Positions 19,516-24,000 of a stretch of DNA of 24,000 nt are shown piece after piece. Origin of the DNA: Ochrovirga pacifica (GTDB taxonomy: Bacteria; Bacteroidota; Bacteroidia; Flavobacteriales; Flavobacteriaceae). The notes below the pieces were generated by a model. The model was not told where the DNA came from. It was given only the letters and a program-made list of their open reading frames with translations, and searched no databases. The stretch spans positions 5,059-29,058 of the forward strand of contig NZ_AFPK01000039.1 of NCBI RefSeq assembly GCF_000220525.1, read 5' to 3'. The stretch's first letter is position 1; every line of letters begins with the position of its first letter. A program made the position numbers and the translations under genes.

Positions 19516-19926
19516 ATGAAATTAATTACAATTCAAGTTTTTGAAAATTATTTTGAAGCCCATATTCTAAAATCTCGTTTAGAGAATGATGGAATCAAAT
19601 GCTTTATTCATGATGAAAACATGGTGAGTCTAAATCCACTGTACAACGTAACTCTTGGCGGAATTAAATTAAAGGTTGAAGAACATGATGTTAAAAAAGC
19701 TAAAACTATTATAAGTGAAATAGAAAACACGTCGTTAACAAACGATCACAATCAGGCTATTCGCTGTCCAAACTGTGGGTCAGAAAATATTTATGCCCAT
19801 TTTAAATCCATCAAAAGTATAAAAGCTTTGTTTGCTATGCTCCTTTCTTTTCTGCTTTTTATTTATCCACCTTACTACAAAACATTAAGCAAATGCAAAG
19901 AATGTGGCTCTGAATTTAAGCACTAG
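19516..19926 (+). CDS. DUF2007-like (putative signal transducing) protein with C-terminal split zinc ribbon
   Basis: 136 aa; N-terminal ITIQVFENYFEAHILKSRLENDGIKCFIHDENMVSLNPLYNVTLGGIKLKVEEHDVKKAKTII is DUF2007-like; C-terminal CPNCGSE ... hydrophobic segment ... CKECGSEF. Confidence 0.8.
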   Translation: MKLITIQVFENYFEAHILKSRLENDGIKCFIHDENMVSLNPLYNVTLGGIKLKVEEHDVKKAKTIISEIENTSLTNDHNQAIRCPNCGSENIYAHFKSIKSIKALFAMLLSFLLFIYPPYYKTLSKCKECGSEFKH

Positions 19927-20042
19927 AATAAAATCTTTTTTTGTTATTTGAAAATCAATATTTGGTAACAAAATGTATGAATAAAGACAAAAAAAGCATC
20001 ACAAAACACACCCTTTTTTTTGAATTACTATAATTTGCTTTG

Positions 20043-20071
20043 GACAATCATACATCACTTTAATGATTGTC
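20043..20071. repeat. Perfect 9-bp inverted repeat upstream of the sulfatase
   Basis: GACAATCAT (20043-20051), 11-nt spacer ACATCACTTTA, ATGATTGTC (20063-20071). Confidence 0.8.
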
Positions 20072-20124
20072 TACACAACTATATACTACTAAAAAACAAA
20101 TCTTTATTCAGTAAAATTATGCAG

Positions 20125-21558
20125 ATGAAAAAACTATATTCCCTAGGTTTCTTTTTGTTAACAACCTTAATTTCTTATGCACAAAAGCCAAATTTGGTTA
20201 TTATTCATACAGACGAACACAATTTTAGAACCTTAAGTTGCTACAGAGATAACTTACCTGAAAATGAAGCCTATGTATGGGGAAAAGGTCTAGGAGTTAA
20301 AACTACCAATATTGATAAGATTGCCAAACAAGGAGCTATTTGTATGAATTATTATGTTACTTCTCCTGTATGTGCTCCCTCTAGAGGTTCCTTAATTTCT
20401 GGTTTGTATAGACAACATCATGGAGTTACCAAAAATGAACTTCCTATTAAAAAAAATACAAAAACCATTGCACATATTTTAAGCGAAAATGGGTACGCAA
20501 CATCCTACGTAGGCAAATGGCATTTAGGAGATGAAAGAAAAAAATACAAGTTTACAGAAACCTACAAAGGTGGTTTTTTGGATAACGAATTTATGATGAA
20601 TAAAGGCCATAACCCATACTTTATGATGAAAAATGGTAAAGTAATTGGTGCTATGAACGATAAAAAATACGAATCTGCAGCTGATAAAAGCAATATCGTA
20701 CATGCAACCGATTTTTTTGTAGACAAAACCATAGAAATCATCAACAGAGATCATCAACAACCTTTTTTTGTTATGGTTTCTATTCCAGATCCTCACACTC
20801 CAGATTATGCAAAACCGCCCTACAATTCTTTGTACAATCATCTAGACTTACAAGCCCCTGAAACCATGAGTGCCACAAGTATTAAAAACCGACCTGAATG
20901 GGCAAACAATAAAAAAAACGATGTAAGCCATGAAGGATTTAAACCGCAAAAGCTGAAACAATATTTTGGAATGGTTAAACACATTGATGATCGAATAGGA
21001 GACATTCTAAAAACCTTAGATAAACTACAAATTTCTGACAATACCATTTTAATTTTTACCTCAGACCATGGTGATATGTTTTACGAACATGGTAGAATGA
21101 ACAAAAGTGTACCTTATGATGCTGCTATGAAAGTACCTTTTGTAATACGATATCCTAAAAAAATTAAAGCTCAAAAAATTATAGAAACCGTTCAAAACAA
21201 CGTAGATTTTGTTCCCACGATGTTAGGTATTATGAATATACAAACATCCGTTGCGTTTGACGGAGACAACAATGCTTCTGATTTTTTATCCAAAGAAGCA
21301 CATGTTAATCGACCTAATTACATTCACGTTTCATCAGCTTCTAATTCTTGGGTTGCTTTGGTAAATAAAAAATACAAATTAATTTTACACAAGCAATACA
21401 CTCCTACCTTGTTTGATTTAGACAAAGACCCTCATGAAACTACAAACGTTTTTAACACTAAAGGCTATCAAAAAATTTCAGAAAAATTGAAAGATATATT
21501 AATCAAACGAATGAAAAAACACAATGAAATTGCCTACCATAAAGGCTTACAATATTAG
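20125..21558 (+). CDS. Secreted type I sulfatase (S1 family, formylglycine-dependent)
   Basis: ATG at 20125 gives signal peptide MKKLYSLGFFLLTTLISYAQ; KPNLVIIHTDEHNFRTLSC, SPVCAPSRGSLISGLY (CxPSR signature), YVGKWHLG, FTSDHGDMFYEHGR. The track start at 20020 adds an unlikely 35-aa extension. Confidence 0.93.
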   Translation: MKKLYSLGFFLLTTLISYAQKPNLVIIHTDEHNFRTLSCYRDNLPENEAYVWGKGLGVKTTNIDKIAKQGAICMNYYVTSPVCAPSRGSLISGLYRQHHGVTKNELPIKKNTKTIAHILSENGYATSYVGKWHLGDERKKYKFTETYKGGFLDNEFMMNKGHNPYFMMKNGKVIGAMNDKKYESAADKSNIVHATDFFVDKTIEIINRDHQQPFFVMVSIPDPHTPDYAKPPYNSLYNHLDLQAPETMSATSIKNRPEWANNKKNDVSHEGFKPQKLKQYFGMVKHIDDRIGDILKTLDKLQISDNTILIFTSDHGDMFYEHGRMNKSVPYDAAMKVPFVIRYPKKIKAQKIIETVQNNVDFVPTMLGIMNIQTSVAFDGDNNASDFLSKEAHVNRPNYIHVSSASNSWVALVNKKYKLILHKQYTPTLFDLDKDPHETTNVFNTKGYQKISEKLKDILIKRMKKHNEIAYHKGLQY

Positions 21559-21777
21559 CAACATCTTAATCTTTAGAAAACTTTCTTTTTTAATAAAACT
21601 ATCTAAAAATCGAGCTATTTTTCAAATTTAAGGTAAAATTACTCTACTTTGGTTTACTATTTGATGCTTTTTCATTAAGCACGATATTGTGCTCAATCTT
21701 TAGTGATGCTCACTCTAGCTTGTGTTCACAAGTATAGTTTTTTCTGATACAACATCACACCAAAAATAAATCAGCAT

Positions 21778-22422
21778 ATGAAAGTATTGATTATTGGAGC
21801 CAATGGAAATATTGGTCAACAAGTAGCTCAAAAACTAAAAAAATCAAATCATCAACCTATAGCAATGTTACGCAAACCTGAACAGCAAGCAACATTTGCA
21901 GAAAAAGGAATAAACACTGTTATTGCAGATTTAGAAGAAGATTTTCAACACGCATACAAAGGAATTGATGCAGTGATATTTACTGCTGGTAGTGGCGGAC
22001 ATACCTCTGATGAGAAAACACATTTAATAGACAGACAGGGAGCTAAAAAAGCCATCGACTTAGCAATAAAAAACAAAATAGATCGATTTGTTATGGTAAG
22101 TTCTATGGGATCTGGACAATCACAAGAAAATTGGCCTAAAGATTTAATTCCGTATCTACAAGCAAAAACAGATGCAGACGAACACCTGCTTCATAGTGGA
22201 TTGAATTACACAATTTTAATGCCGGGGACCTTAACAGACAAATCTGCAACCAATAACATTACATTAAGTAGTGATTTAGAACAAAAAGGCAAAACAGTTC
22301 CCCGTACTGATGTTGCAACAGTAATTACCAAAGTTATAGACCATCCTAATGCGTACGAAAAAAGTTTTGAATTTGTAAGCGGTGAAACCCCTATAGATAC
22401 AGCTTTGCAACAAATTGCTTAA
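21778..22422 (+). CDS. NAD(P)-binding SDR/NmrA-like oxidoreductase (atypical SDR5-like)
   Basis: 214 aa; VLIIGANGNIGQQVAQKL Rossmann motif, DAVIFTAGSGG, DRFVMVSSMG, LNYTILMPGTLTD. Confidence 0.88.
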   Translation: MKVLIIGANGNIGQQVAQKLKKSNHQPIAMLRKPEQQATFAEKGINTVIADLEEDFQHAYKGIDAVIFTAGSGGHTSDEKTHLIDRQGAKKAIDLAIKNKIDRFVMVSSMGSGQSQENWPKDLIPYLQAKTDADEHLLHSGLNYTILMPGTLTDKSATNNITLSSDLEQKGKTVPRTDVATVITKVIDHPNAYEKSFEFVSGETPIDTALQQIA

Positions 22423-22455
22423 CAGCATCCGTATACATACAAATGTATATTTTAG

Positions 22456-22486
22456 AATACCTCCGTAGAATTACGGAGGTATTTTT
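22456..22486 (+). terminator. Rho-independent terminator after the SDR gene
   Basis: AATACCTCCGTA-GAAT-TACGGAGGTATTTTT: 12-bp perfect stem and T run. Confidence 0.92.
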
Positions 22487-22599
22487 ATATTTTCCTATTT
22501 TGTGTTATAAATTCAACATATAGTACACAGGATAAGACAAAAGTTACTCTATATTGTTGGATTCAGATTGTATTTTAGCACATTCAACTAGATGATTAA

Positions 22600-24000
<1,401 letters not shown>

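Noticed and set aside
20020-20124. Track-predicted N-terminal extension of the sulfatase
   Set aside because: A classic signal peptide begins at ATG 20125, and the extension passes through an inverted repeat and promoter-like AT-rich sequence.

Overview
This 24 kb window looks like a chromosomal segment from a marine Flavobacteriaceae-type bacterium (AT-rich, Bacteroidota gene content). Features supported by sequence, left to right: 3' part of a tamB-like gene (-); tsaD (+); a FabH-type ketoacyl-ACP synthase III (-); porV (-) and porU (-) of the type IX secretion system; gldJ (+); a small cupin protein (-); a FabF-like ketoacyl synthase (+) next to bioB (+); a long dnaE (+) whose product has a DEDDh proofreading exonuclease fused to its N-terminus; a DUF2007-like protein with a split zinc ribbon (+); a secreted sulfatase (+); an NmrA/SDR-like NAD(P)-binding protein (+); and the 5' part of a secreted GH2 beta-galactosidase (+). 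I found no tRNA, rRNA, CRISPR or mobile element, and no convincing new multi-gene system. Points worth a second look are the exonuclease-DnaE fusion with an apparently degenerate PHP metal site, a tamB-like gene with no plausible canonical start that faces tsaD through back-to-back promoter-like boxes, a ketoacyl synthase/bioB pair, the membrane-interrupted zinc ribbon, a perfect 9-bp inverted repeat upstream of the sulfatase, and a cluster of small palindromes upstream of the SDR gene. All family assignments come from motif recognition by eye; no database search was run.
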